A stretch of 64,000 bases of DNA from Octopus sinensis (lineage: Eukaryota), in the NCBI RefSeq assembly GCF_006345805.1, contig NC_043004.1:13330001-13394000 (forward strand), read 5' to 3'. Position numbers and translations under genes: made by a program. Positions 51,391 through 64,000 of the stretch are shown here, piece by piece. The notes beneath the pieces are model-generated. The model saw only the letters and a list, made by a program, of their open reading frames with translations. It made no database searches and was not told the DNA's origin. Position 1 is the first letter of the stretch. Every line of letters begins with the position of its first letter.

Positions 51391-52092
51391 TCAATGCAGA
51401 GTATAAACGAAATTATTTCATGAATTTGTTATAAAATTTAATCGATCGTTTGTTGATATGGACGAAGAGTTATTGGACTACATTCTCAATGAACTGTTAT
51501 ACAATTGGCTGGGTATTCCGCAGGCCTAATAATTTTTACATAATCCTAATGAGAAACAGTGTGACAAGGTGTGTGCGCAAAAGAATTTGACACTTTAACA
51601 TATTGGAATGTGTCGTTCGAAAGTCTAACATACAGGTCCTCCTTGTCTTCTTTCGCCTACACATACGAAAGTATCTGCTCACTAAAATATATAAAATTTC
51701 CTGTCACGATCCACACCACAACATATATTTACGCAAAGACTTTTTCAACTCCAACTATACGCATTTATATTAACAATGTATATTTCAGGCTCTAACACCA
51801 ATGTATACGCAAAATGAAATTCACAAAAATTTGATTTATTGATTTGTGTGAAAAGCGTAAATTAGAAATCATTTCTCTTGATTTATAACTGAAACTTCAA
51901 CATATTTTCTCTCGTCTAGCAAGACTAGTTTCTGAATTTCCGCAGCACACAGACGCACAGAAAACGATATATGTGAGCAGTATATGGCAGTGGAAGCCGT
52001 ATATACGAACATACTTGCACATAGACACATATAATTTAGCAAAGATAGAAAGTTTCACATATTACATAATTATGTCCATTCAAATCCATCTA

Positions 52093-52125
<33 letters not shown>

Positions 52126-52365
52126 CCGTTTATCCATTTATCTTTCTATCTGCCTCTGTCTCTCTCAGGATACACACACCATAAACACACTACGCACATA
52201 CACACACATATATATATACATATGTGTGTGCGTGTGTATGCATATACATATGTGTGTATATAGATAAATAGATACGTAGATCGATAGATAAATAGGCAGT
52301 CAGTTAGTTAGATAGATAGAAAGATAGATAGAAATATAGATAGATATATAGATGAATATATATAT

Positions 52366-52402
<37 letters not shown>

Positions 52403-53984
52403 CAGATAGATAACTAGATAGATAGATAGTTGCTTGAATGTGTCGCCATGTGTGCGCATCTTTTTATTTGTGTTTGCCTCTTACCGCATCACAACCTGTC
52501 TTATACATAGCAGAGCGGCCCAGTCTGCGCCAGAATAATGATAATGTTCAAGACGAGTAGTGTGGTCGATCGATCTAATGAGTTCACCAGAAAGTAAGTT
52601 ATTTTGCATATCACGTGATGCTTGTTACTCCGTTTTATCTTTGTGGAGGCTTGATTTTCAAATGCAGGTTTTTCAATGATTTGATTATTGGTGTACGCTT
52701 TAGCGGGCGCGATTTCATTCGAATATACACCAAAAGAGGGCAGTTAAATGGTATTATGTTTGCGACTGGAAAATATCGCTATTTCTCCCAGTTAGCAAAT
52801 CGTAAAGGCAACTGGCTGTCCACTTTTCCGTTTGCTCATAGTCAATCGAAATCATGGATGCAAAGGGTATATAACAACAGCGTTCAAGCAGAATCTTTAA
52901 CAGTTTAACTATGCTCATTGCATTTGTTCTGAGTGATACAACATGTCGTTTTACTTAATAATTTCTTTTCCACAATCCTGAAGAGATTTCCTTTTAAATC
53001 GAAATCCGGTTATTGCTGAAATACAATATTCTGTTAACACCGCAGTCAAACTTTCTGGGTCCTCTAAAATATTCTTAACTCTACAAGCCTCTGGCACTGT
53101 ATTGTCTAATTTTCCTGCCTTTGAACTTCAACTCTTTCTTCTTGATTGGGGGATTGTTTTCTATTTCAATCTCTTCACAACCTACAATTTATTCCTCTCA
53201 CGAACTGATATCATGTGTTTCTTGCACCACGCCAAACATTGGGATTTGTATGACAAAACCTGAGAAAGGCAATTAAGATCTCTTCATGGACGTCGGCCTC
53301 AATCGGGAGCAACGGAACATTTAAGTGTTTTGCATCAATTTTCCAGTCCTTTTCACTGCAAATGGAACCAATTCAGCTTGCAGAAGAGCTCATAATATTT
53401 TAGTATAATACAAGCCTATTTCTTTGCATTGTGTGTCCTCTGTTGCCAAGCCGATCTCATCACACTTGTTGAAAAGGATGATGTTGTGGTTGTTTGAGAA
53501 ACACTTGTTAGTCCATCACAATTCCGCATTCTCCCTCCCCAACACTCCAAACTCATACAATTGAAAAGCAAAATTACTTGTTCTCCATGGACAACAAACT
53601 CGTCTCTTCTTCTTTCCTTTGCCAAAAATGATGATCACTCTGATCTCAAACTTCCTCGCTTTACAATTCTTCTGAGATTACAATTGTTCACAAATCTCTT
53701 GTCCAAATATCTAAAACTCATAATAAACACCTCAGCGAACTTACCTCTCATCCCACAAAGCTTAATGACCCGCGACTCTCTCTCTTTAGTTTCTGTCATT
53801 CAGGCTCTACCAATTTCAGCATGGCTGTGGAGAAATCTACACAGATTACTCCTATATATTTTTCGTTTCTTTTTCAACGTATTTCTTTCATGGTAACAAT
53901 TACAATTTTAATTGCATATCAAATTAATGATTACACTTTCTTATCAATTTGTCTTGTTTTCCTAAAAAAAGTGTATGTGTGTGC

Positions 53985-54011
53985 ACGCGTCTCTCTCTCT
54001 CTCTCTCACTC

Positions 54012-54077
<66 letters not shown>

Positions 54078-54091
54078 TAGATAGATAGATG

Positions 54092-54174
<83 letters not shown>

Positions 54175-54450
54175 CAGAAACACACCACACGGTAAGGCAA
54201 AAATCACATGCGATATACAACCGAGTTCAGTTAATAGGCTACATATATTTGCTTGTGTATATAAGGTTGCACATACAGAAAATTCAGTTAAAGTTAAGCA
54301 TGCAAACCTTTATAGAAAAATAACGTACATACATATACACAGCGAATATAGATAGATAAATTAACGTATATACACAAATAGTTGTTACATCCGCAAATGT
54401 TTTTACTTCGCCATGTAATTGCTTTATCTAAACACGCATGTATACATGCA

Positions 54451-54519
<69 letters not shown>

Positions 54520-54598
54520 ACATGTCATATGTGACAAATTCCTCAATTTACATGATATCGAGGTCTTTTTCTTTCTTTTGTTGTCTTACCACTTTTAT

Positions 54599-54688
<90 letters not shown>

Positions 54689-55025
54689 ATATATATATAT
54701 TATATATAGACTCATATGTGCGATTTTTGTAATAATGAAGAAAAAAAAGCATTCATTACTCAATATGGAGTATAAGTACATATATACGTTTGTGCCTAAT
54801 TCTCTGTCTCTTTCTCTCTTTCTTGCTTTCTCACTCTCTTTGTCTTTCTGTACATGTACATATATGTATATATATATATACGAATATGTACATGCATCAA
54901 CCACTTTAACCATGATAAATACAAGCATTTATACATACATACCTATATACATACATACATACATACATACATACATACATACATACATACATACATACAT
55001 ACATACATGCATGCATACATACATA
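53985..55025. repeat. Compound (TC),(TA),(GA),(GATA),(CATA) microsatellites
   Basis: Direct reading. Confidence 0.95.
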
Positions 55026-56060
55026 CGATCAACTCCCAGTCGCACGCAAGCATGTATGCATTTAGAAAGAATTAAGAATTTAATACCATGTTCTCTGGTA
55101 AAATTGATGAGACTTTCTTACTTTCTAATAATTTATTTCTTTAATAAAAGGTTTGCATAATGGATCGATGAATCGATTTGGAAAAGAAACAAAGTCACTT
55201 TAAATCGGCTTATTAGACTAAAGTATTAGCGATCGTAATAATTATTATTAAACGAAAGCATCAACGAATGTTTCGCGATGTATCAATGACGAACTGGTCA
55301 CTGTCAAATTTCTGTAGAAGCCAGTAATTATTGAACTCAACTGTCTTCATAAAAATTGCAAGAACTGTAATTAGCAACATTAGCTAAAACTTGATAAAAT
55401 AAAGAAACAACTTTAAAATGTGAGTGTTATCCTGGTTTGTGGAGGAGAATTATAGCTTCGGCGATATCGAAAAAGGCCAGTTGATAGATTTTAATGTCAA
55501 TCAGACACAGAATTAAAGAATTAGGACTGAATTATAAATGGTTAATTAAACTAAACAGAAGAAAAAAATTAAATAAAAGAAATAAAAATAAATAAAATAG
55601 AATGTGTTGTTGATATCAGTCCAAATTTCCAGAATATAAAGTACACGGACCAACACCTTCGTAACAAAGGGAAAATGATTCATGGATTATAGAAAATTCT
55701 AGTGAGTTGTAGGAAAGTTGTTGTGAAAGTAAACTGTATGATCGAAAGGTCGCACCACTCGAAGATTATTTTTACACATTTCGCACGTTGATCTTCGACT
55801 GCCAAGTGTTATTTAAGAAAAGTAACATTATACACACAAAGAAACACACATATACACCCACGCACACACCTGCACGTAAACACACACACACATATATGAG
55901 TACATACATACATACATACATATATATATATATCTATATATATATATAAAGTAAGGGTGAAAAATTGAATATTTATTTGATTAATATCAATTTAAAACCA
56001 GTGGTCTAGCATATTGAAAATTCTGAGGTTTCAGAAAAAATTATATTGCATACATATAAT

Positions 56061-56230
56061 AGGGATGACCTGAAAGTGGACATCCATTATGCTAGAAGAA
56101 TATCCGCTATGGTCTTACCACTAAGAAAGAATGTTCTCAAGAAATTTTCTTGAGAACATTCCTTTCTTAGTGGTAAGACCATAGCGGATCTTCTTCTAGC
56201 ATAATGGATGTCCACTTACAGGTTATCCCT
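56061..56230. repeat. Near-perfect spacerless palindrome, ~85 bp arms
   Basis: AGGGATGACCTGAAAGTGGACATCCATTATGCTAGAAG...TTCTCAAGAAA|TTTTCTTGAGAA...CTTCTAGCATAATGGATGTCCACTTACAGGTTATCCCT; about four differences by eye. Confidence 0.95.
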
Positions 56231-56274
56231 CTTACATGTATATGTATATATACATACATACGTACATACATACA

Positions 56275-56401
<127 letters not shown>

Positions 56402-56599
56402 AGTCCCAAAGTGGAAATAGCTCCTTCATTACGATCAACTCAACCTTACGTAGTTCTGTAATAACATCGCGCATGCAATGTAAGGAAGACCTTTCTCTCC
56501 ATCCACTACAGCCTGTTATACTGTTGGGCCGTAGGGCGCTAAACTGGCAACCATTTTAAACGGTAACTCCGCTCGGTAAAGTGCGGATGAGATCAATAC

Positions 56600-56852
56600 G
56601 GCTGGCACTCCCTCACTTACGACGACGGCGAGAGTTCCAGGTGGTCCGATCAGCGGGACATCCTGTTTGTGAAATTAAAGTGCAAGTGTCTCAGATCCCC
56701 ACAGACACGTGTAGGGAGCTCCACGTTGCCATGTGAATGATCTGGGACAACGTGTAATAAGTTGTCTTGCTCAAGAACAAAATGCGCCGCCAGGAACCGA
56801 ACTCACGACCTTACTAGGGTGAGCCGATTAACTTAACCACTAAGCCATGCGC
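56600..56852 (-). mobile_element. tRNA-derived SINE (family E, degenerate)
   Basis: Shares CTC.CCGTCGTCGTAA.TG..GGAGTGC tail and TAATTTCAC core with the 62266 copy; head GCGCATGGCTTAGTGGTTAAG. Confidence 0.7.
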
Positions 56853-57211
56853 TTTCACGGAGATCAATTTTCATATCAAGTGGCAACATTATAGAGAAGG
56901 TAGATATATAGACAAAGATGTTCCTCTCAGAACCTTACAGTAGTCTGGAACAACTGAATCTTAGTCAGTCAGTTGATGGGCTCCACTACCTCAAATGTTC
57001 TTAAAATTTAAATCCACATCTTTGTCTCTATAATGTTACCACTTGATATGAAACTTATTGTATTAATGGAAAGCCTCTATAATTGGCTGATGAGTGCTCA
57101 GCATTTTAAAAATTGTTGTAATACTTACAACATTTAATAAAATGATGTAGTACGAAACGATCGTACCAAATTACCGGAGTTATTCTTGTTGCTTATTCTG
57201 ATATATATATA

Positions 57212-57479
57212 TATTGGGTTGGTGCATAATTATTGCCGCTTTTTTTCAACAAGTTTTATTCAACAAAAATAATAACAATATTTAACAAAAACATCTTTAA
57301 GTGACGGTCGGACCGTCTGCCAACCAAATAGAATGCAACAATTCAATAATTGAAGTAGATGGTGAATATACTCCGGAATAATCATTTAAAGATATTTCTG
57401 TTACATGTTTTTATTGTTTTTGTTGAATATAATTTGTTGAAAAAAAAAAGCCACAATAATTATGCACCAACCCAATATA
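57212..57479. mobile_element. Mariner-derived MITE (MADE-like)
   Basis: TIRs TATTGGGTTGGTGCATAATTATTG and CAATAATTATGCACCAACCCAATA within TA context. The interior retains the VDGEY transposase C-terminus. Confidence 0.9.
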
Positions 57480-57808
57480 TATGAAATGGAAAGCCGTCTA
57501 TACACGAAAAACACGTTCGCAGACAATAGTTCTCAGTTTTATTGCTATAGCAATTTCATGTGTAATAATACAAATAGTTTTATAATTTTCTATGACTTAA
57601 ACTAAGATTATAATATATTAGAAAAATAGAAAATAAACATAATTGATATTTGAAATCTTCATTTTATCAATCTCCACCATTTCATTAACAGCCATGGATG
57701 TTTAACACATAATTACTAAAAACAGCTATTGTAATTTTCTAACATGACTATCAATAATCAGTAATAGTTATCATATAACATAATTGTTATTCTAATCAGC
57801 TGATGATG

Positions 57809-57849
<41 letters not shown>

Positions 57850-57898
57850 TAATAATAATAATAATAGTAGTAGTACTAGTTGTAATAATAATAATAAT

Positions 57899-58000
57899 CA
57901 TGGCTTCTGATCTTAACTGATTGTAAGTGTTATCATGTACATTGTTTTGTCTTGGTATAAAAGATGGGCTACAGCAAATATTCTGCTCAATACCACAGAT
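57899..58000 (+). repeat. Family D repeat (5' end) directly after (AAT)n
   Basis: TCATGGCTTCTGATCTTAACTGATTGTAAGTGTTATCATGTACATTGTTTTGTCTTGGTATAAAAGATGGGCTACAGC. Confidence 0.85.
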
Positions 58001-58229
58001 AAGGAGGAGAAGAAGAAGAAGGTGAAGAAGGAGGAGGAGGGGGAGGATAAGAAGGATGAGGAGGAAGGGAGGAGGAGGACAAGAAGGAGAAGGAGAAGTT
58101 CGAGGAGGGGAAGAGGAAGTAGAAGAACAGCAAGAACAAGAACAAGTACCTAAGAACATAAACAGTAGAGCCCTCTTTCATAGGCTCGTATAGAATATTC
58201 GTATAGAAAATTCGAAGGAAGCAATAATT

Positions 58230-58385
58230 GATGTGCCGTCTTTACGTTCCGAGTTCAAATTCTGCCTTAGTCGTCTATGCCTCTCATCCTTTTGGGGTAG
58301 GGAAAATAAGTACCGGTTGAGCAATGAGGTCGACGTAATTGACTTACACCTACCGCGAAGTTGCTGGCGTTGTGCCATCATTTGA
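58230..58385 (+). mobile_element. SINE family C (degenerate)
   Basis: TTACGTTCCGAGTTCAAATTCTGCC...AAAATAAGTACCGGTTGAGCA. Confidence 0.65.
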
Positions 58386-58774
58386 ATCCTATATATTAGC
58401 TAGATTTTATCCCATATCGAAATCCACATGATATTCTGGTAAGATTACAACTGTTATACAAGCAATTACAGAAAACGAAGCCGCTCATTGGCCGCCTTTC
58501 TTTTATTTCTACTTATAAGGGTATTTTGACCGATTCTCTAATCTCTTTTCACAGCTCTTCTCCTGCGTTCGAAATTTGTGTCATTTCTAAAATACCAACT
58601 GACTCGATGCTTCAATGTTTGTTTATAGAATATGTTCTCATATCTATCTATGCATCTATCTCTATGTGTATGTGTGTGTGTGTGTGTGTGTGAATATATG
58701 CATGTATAAATACATACACACACATATCAGACATACACACACGCAAACACATATTCTTTTACTCTTTTACACTT

Positions 58775-59153
58775 TTACTTGTTTCTGTCATTTGATTGTA
58801 GCCATGCAGTCGAGCAAATCGACCCCAGAGCTTATTGTTAGTAAGCCGAGTACTTATTCTATCGGTCTATTTTGCGAATCGCTAGGTTACGGGGACGTAA
58901 ACACACCAGCATCGGTTGTCAAGCGATGCTGGGTGGACAAACAGACACACAAACATACACACACAAACACGCACTTATACACACACACACACACACATAT
59001 ATATATATCCGACGGGCTTCTTCCAGTTTCCGTCTACTAAATCCATTCACAAGGCTTTGGTCGGCCCGAGGCTATATTAGGTGCCATGCAGTGGGACTGA
59101 ACACGGGACCAAGTTGTTGGTAAGCAAAGTACTTACCATACAGTCACTCCTGC

Positions 59154-59155
<2 letters not shown>
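58775..59155 (-). mobile_element. SINE family A/B
   Basis: Head CAGGAGTGACTGTATGGTAAGTACTTTGCTTACCAAC on the minus strand, then microsatellite and B tail. Confidence 0.85.
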
Positions 59156-59210
<55 letters not shown>

Positions 59211-59892
59211 CACAGCTGTGCAAGTACCTAGCTAGTCCAATTAAGATTTATCTAAGTTTAAATCAAGATGAGATACGAAGTAAAAATGGAAATTTTAATT
59301 GTACGCATAAAAAATACCAAATCAAAATCCGTAAGTCACAAATACGAATGTAATTTATCTTTTGCCGTTACTTTTAATTGTATATTTGTTCGTATTTTTA
59401 TTGTTGATATCATTAATACCACTTTCATTTAGTTTTTTTTTTTATTAAATCTAACCCTTTGCTTTTTTGTATAGAATAATTGCTAACAGTCGCGGCCACA
59501 TTGCTTGGTTTATTCTCTCTCTCTCTCCCGATCTCTCTTTCTATCTCTCCCGTTATCTCTTTCTCTCTCTCTGTATGCCGCTCTATATCTGCTGATCTCT
59601 CTCCCTCTCCCTCTCTCTTTCATGATCACTAGAACGGCTTTCGTAAAATTATGTCCACTGGTGGACTCACTCGTGGTCTTTAGTCTTGGAGGAATTTACT
59701 AAGGAGAATAATCCTTCGCCCTCAACATCTACGAAGCTACATTATTTACATTATCTAATATAAATAATGTAAACAATGTACATAAATTCTCATCTCTCAA
59801 ATATAGAACTGTAGTATCTACGAAGCTTTCGATGGTATCCAACATTCCAGCCTTTCAAAATATCTTGTCTATGAGTTCTACATGTCACTCAC

Positions 59893-59973
59893 CTTTTGGA
59901 ACGGTACCTTCCTCACAGATGGATCTATTTTCGGGTAGATTCTGAGGGAAGGTTTGGTCCCTCCTTTTATCAT
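59893..59973 (-). CDS. Candidate first coding exon MIKGGTKPSLRIYPKIDPSVRKVPFQK
   Basis: Consensus donor AAG|GTGAGT at 59892 and an open frame from ATG 59973. An alternative consensus donor GTG|GTAAGT lies at 60041 (MESEFCSKE from ATG near 60070). Confidence 0.3.
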
Positions 59974-60308
59974 ATCAGGCGTGCCATAATGCTCGGTCGG
60001 TTTGTCACCGTCATACTTCCTTGTACAGAACAGTTACTTACCACTCCTTCGAACAAAACTCACTTTCCATGACAACACCAACCCGAGAAGCCTCGATACC
60101 ATGCAGCAAACACACCAAATATATACTGACACTAAGAGTGGCTGCGTCAGCATTCTCCTCCAATGAAAGCTAGTCTTATGAAGAAAACCCCATCACACCG
60201 CACATCATTTAAGCATTCAGCTGGATCCCTCAAACGAACTCCCATTATTAGTTCTAACAATATCTGAAAATATTTTCTGGTGAAAGTATACCCTTAATCA
60301 AAAAGGAA

Positions 60309-60785
60309 GGTAAGTAGCTTGCTTACCAACCACATGGTTCTGGGTTCATTCCCGCTGCGTGGCACCTTGGGAAAATGTTTTCTACTATAGCCTAGGGCCG
60401 ACCAAAGCCTTGTGAGTGGATTTGGTAGATAGGAACTGAAAGAGGCCCGTCGTATACATGTATATATATATATATATATATATGTGCGTGTGTGTGTGTG
60501 TTTATTTGTGTGTGTGTGTGTGTGTGTGTTTATTTGTGTGTGTGTTTATTTGTGTGTGTGTGCGCGTGTGTGCGTGTGTGTGTACATGTTTGTGTGTCTG
60601 TGTTTGTCCCCCAACATCGCTTGACAACCGATGGTGGTATGTTTACGTCCCCGTAACTTAACGGTTCGGCAAAAGAGACCGATAGAATAAGTACTAGGCT
60701 TCCAAAGAACATGTCCTGGGGTCGATTTGCTCGACTAAAGGCGGTGCTCCAGCATGGCCGTAGTCAAATGACTGAAACAATTAAA
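60309..60785 (+). mobile_element. SINE family A/B
   Basis: GGTAAGTAGCTTGCTTACCAACCACATGGTTCTGGGTTCATTCCC..., then (TA)/(TG)n and B tail. Confidence 0.9.
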
Positions 60786-60895
60786 AAAAAAGTCATCTTT
60801 TCCTACACAGGATATATTTCATCCTGCAGCAATTTGTCATACGCTACAAAGATCAGATGATATCTACTAAGAAACAATACTCTATCTACACACAC

Positions 60896-60964
<69 letters not shown>

Positions 60965-61399
60965 GCGCGCGCCCATGGCCGCATCCCAAGAAGCATAGCC
61001 TGATTAATTGGTATAGTATCAATTACAGAGTCGCTCCAAGCTAATACCATAGGCGAAGTGTCTGTATTTTCTGCGTTTCTACCGTTGTTTTTATTAATCA
61101 ACTCTCCAACGTCTTGTTAGTTGAGGGGCATACTGACTCTCTTGGGGTATTTCCGTCTCACTGCACTCTCCCCCTCTCCCTCCCTTCTCTTTCTGCTCTC
61201 TTTTCACCTCTCTTTCGCAGTCTCTTTCTGACGTCCATTTTGCTGTGTATAACTCAAGCACAAATCGCGACAGATTGACATTCCAGTAGGTCGTACTTAT
61301 ACAAAGAAGACATGAAAAAGAATAGCAAGATTGTTGCTGGATTTAAGAAAATAATGACAGTGACAGATAAAAACGATAATGTGTGCTGAAAAAAATCAC

Positions 61400-61530
61400 G
61401 TACATACATACATACATACATACATACAAACATACATACATACATGCATACATGCATACATACATACATACATACATACATGCATACATGCATACATACA
61501 TACATACATACATACATGCATGCATACATA
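61400..61530. repeat. (CATA)n microsatellite
   Basis: Direct reading. Confidence 0.95.
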
Positions 61531-61739
61531 CTGGGATAAGTAACGCACTGCTTAAATACCAATGCTGAGAAATTAGGCTTCTCAAAACCAGAAAGGAGAA
61601 AGCCAATTCGAAGACTACAGGTCCAATACATCACTGCAACTGTAAAAGTCTGTAATGAGCATGTCTAGATATGCAACTATATGCATGAGAATACATACAT
61701 AAAACATACAAATCTGCACATACATACGTACATACATAT

Positions 61740-61968
61740 ATATTTCTTTATTGCCCACAAGGGGCGAAACATAGAGAGGACAAACAAAGACAGACAAAAG
61801 GATTAAGTCGATTACATCGACCCCAGTGCGTAACTGATACTTTATTTATCGACCCCGAAAGGATGAAAGGCAAAGTCGACCTCGGCGGAATTTGAACTCA
61901 GAACGTAACAGCAGGCAAAATACGACTACGCATTTCGCCCGGCGTGCTAACGATTCTGCCAGCTCGCC
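61740..61968 (-). mobile_element. SINE family C, near full-length
   Basis: TGGCGAGCTGGCAGAATCGTTAGCACGCCGGGCGAAATG...GTTCTGAGTTCAAATTCCGCCGAGG on the minus strand. Confidence 0.92.
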
Positions 61969-62265
61969 ATACATATATACATGCCTACATATATGCATAC
62001 ATGCAAACAAAATTCCCTATTGTTGATGTTGAAATTCCAATGAAGGAACCTTGGCTATAAGTTAGAAACCGGTTCTTTCTCTATTAGCAAAGGATCTTGA
62101 AATAAACTGAATAATGACACACACATTTACATACATGTACATAGATAGATTAATAAATGGGACTGTACAACGCTCACACCCATACACTACAATCATGAAA
62201 ACATTCCAACACTCAAACACACGTTCAGTTACTTATGTAGAATTAAGCTAACACCATGTTCGTCA

Positions 62266-62614
62266 TGGAAGCACTCCGTCGGTTACGACGACGAGGGTTC
62301 CGGTTGATCCGAATCAACGGAACAGCCTGCTCGTGAAATTAACGTGTAAGTGGCTGAGCACTTACACAGCGTGACACAGAGAGTGACAAGGCCGGCCCCT
62401 TGAAATACAGGTACAACAGAAACAGGAAGTAAGAGTGAGAGAAAGTTGTGGTGAAAGAGTACAGCAGGGATCACCACCATCCCCTGTCGGAGCCTCGTGG
62501 AGCTTTTTAGATGTTTTCGCTCAATAAACACTCACAACGCCCGGTCTAGGAATCGAAACCGCAATCCTATGACCGCGAGTCCGCTGCCCTAACCACTGGG
62601 CCATTGCGCCTCCA
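62266..62614 (-). mobile_element. tRNA-derived SINE (family E), near full-length
   Basis: Head GGCGCAATGGCCCAGTGGTTAGGGCAGCGGACTCGCGG...GGTTTCGATTCC; tail CCCTCGTCGTCGTAACCGACGGAGTGCTTCCA. Confidence 0.88.
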
Positions 62615-63559
62615 CCATGTTCGTCATATATCGTTCTTTCTGTGTGGTTCATTTCGTTTGTAAAATTGCTTTTGCTTATTTTATTTAACATGAGGTGTGT
62701 GTGTATGACTACCTGTCTGTGAGTGCGTGTGTGTAGGTATGTGTAAGTAAGTGTGTGTGTGTGTACGCGCGTGCGTGTATGTGAATGTATCCTGCAAGAA
62801 GACTGTGTTCATAACAATAAGACCTAGTGATCCAACAAAACTTTCCAGGCAATCAGTTGCATAAGTTTAAATCCGACATAGGTCTGTTCTTTCCCAATCA
62901 CTGAGTTTCTTTAAAAAGTCGTTAGCAAATTTTACGTAATGGAAGACAGAAATTAAACATTTCAAGTACCACCCATTCTTCTTAAAAACTCTCTCCATCA
63001 TCAAAGACGTTATTAAGTAGTGGCATTTTTAAAAGCCAAGCCCTCCATGTCTCTGTAAATTGAATGCATTAAGCCGATTGCTGTTGATTTTTATAACCAT
63101 TTATAACCAGGAGGAGACAACGGAATGGATATCATACTTACAGATGACTTCTGTCTGAAGATGTTTCGGTATATTATTAGATTTTACGCAGGCGAAAAAT
63201 TAATTTTATTTTAGATTTTACAGTTATATTTTACATTATATATTTACAAATAAATGGGATTGGTGTTGAGAGATTTTGAAGAAACTATATATCATTTATC
63301 AATCAGAGTTTATGGCTAGTTATGGAAGTTATGGAGTTTGTCTGTGAACTTTATCCAGAAATACATTAGAGCATTGTCATTAACAGTTGATTGAAGGCGT
63401 CTATCTGAAAATTGTGAAATAGTGCTGAGAATTTATTGAAACAAACAATGTATCACAAATTTTATTCTATTAGGCTGCACACATGTTTACGTGTGTATAT
63501 GACGCATGATATATGGGCGTGTGTGTGTGTTTGTGTGTACGCGTGTATAATTATATATG

Positions 63560-63640
<81 letters not shown>

Positions 63641-63807
63641 CATGCACACATATATATGCATACATATAATGTAATGGTCATTACAGATATATATATATAT
63701 ATCTATATCTTTATTCTATATGCATGTGTGCATGTATATATATGCAGACACACTCTCACACTCATACGTCTTGTGCAAGTAATAAATATGTAAAAATGTG
63801 TCTATAT

Positions 63808-63863
<56 letters not shown>

Positions 63864-64000
63864 TATATATTGAGAGAGAGAGAGAGAGGAGGGAGAGTGA
63901 GGGAGAGAGGAAGACAGACAGAGAGAAGACAGAGAGAAAGAGACAGACCGACAGACTGACAGACAAAGACAGACAGACACACACTGAAAAAGTGAAAGAG

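Noticed and set aside
52511-52593. + strand exon-like segment (TAG|CAGAGC...AGAAA|GTAAGT)
   Set aside because: No partner exons were found and the translation is not recognisable.
53050-53650. Protein-like minus-strand sequence (possible integrase or AAA remnant)
   Set aside because: Too many stops and no motif I could assign reliably.
54438-55160. 240-aa ORF and the many other [14 protein letters not shown] ORFs
   Set aside because: These are translations of microsatellites.

Overview
AT-rich, microsatellite-saturated eukaryotic DNA. The tRNA-derived SINEs resemble octopus OK/OR-type families, so an octopod cephalopod source is inferred. Most ORFs in the supplied track are translations of simple repeats or antisense shadows of transposons. 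Recognisable content: decayed CR1-like LINEs, several R4/Dong-like (TAA)n-associated retroelement fragments, Tc1/mariner remnants and MITEs, fold-back elements and dozens of SINEs. A few phase-consistent minus-strand exon candidates (35.7/33.9 kb and 21.2-21.7 kb) point to unidentified gene(s). The most unusual item is a pair of diverged ~1.8 kb ORF1-only ('half-L1/Tx1'-like) retroelements, each with a 15-bp TSD. One splits the tRNA-like head of a SINE. The other sits at an unrelated site but carries 22 nt of that same SINE target at its 5' end, suggesting a SINE-targeting, SINE-promoter-borrowing retroelement family. All coordinates and alignments were read by eye, and repeat edges are approximate.
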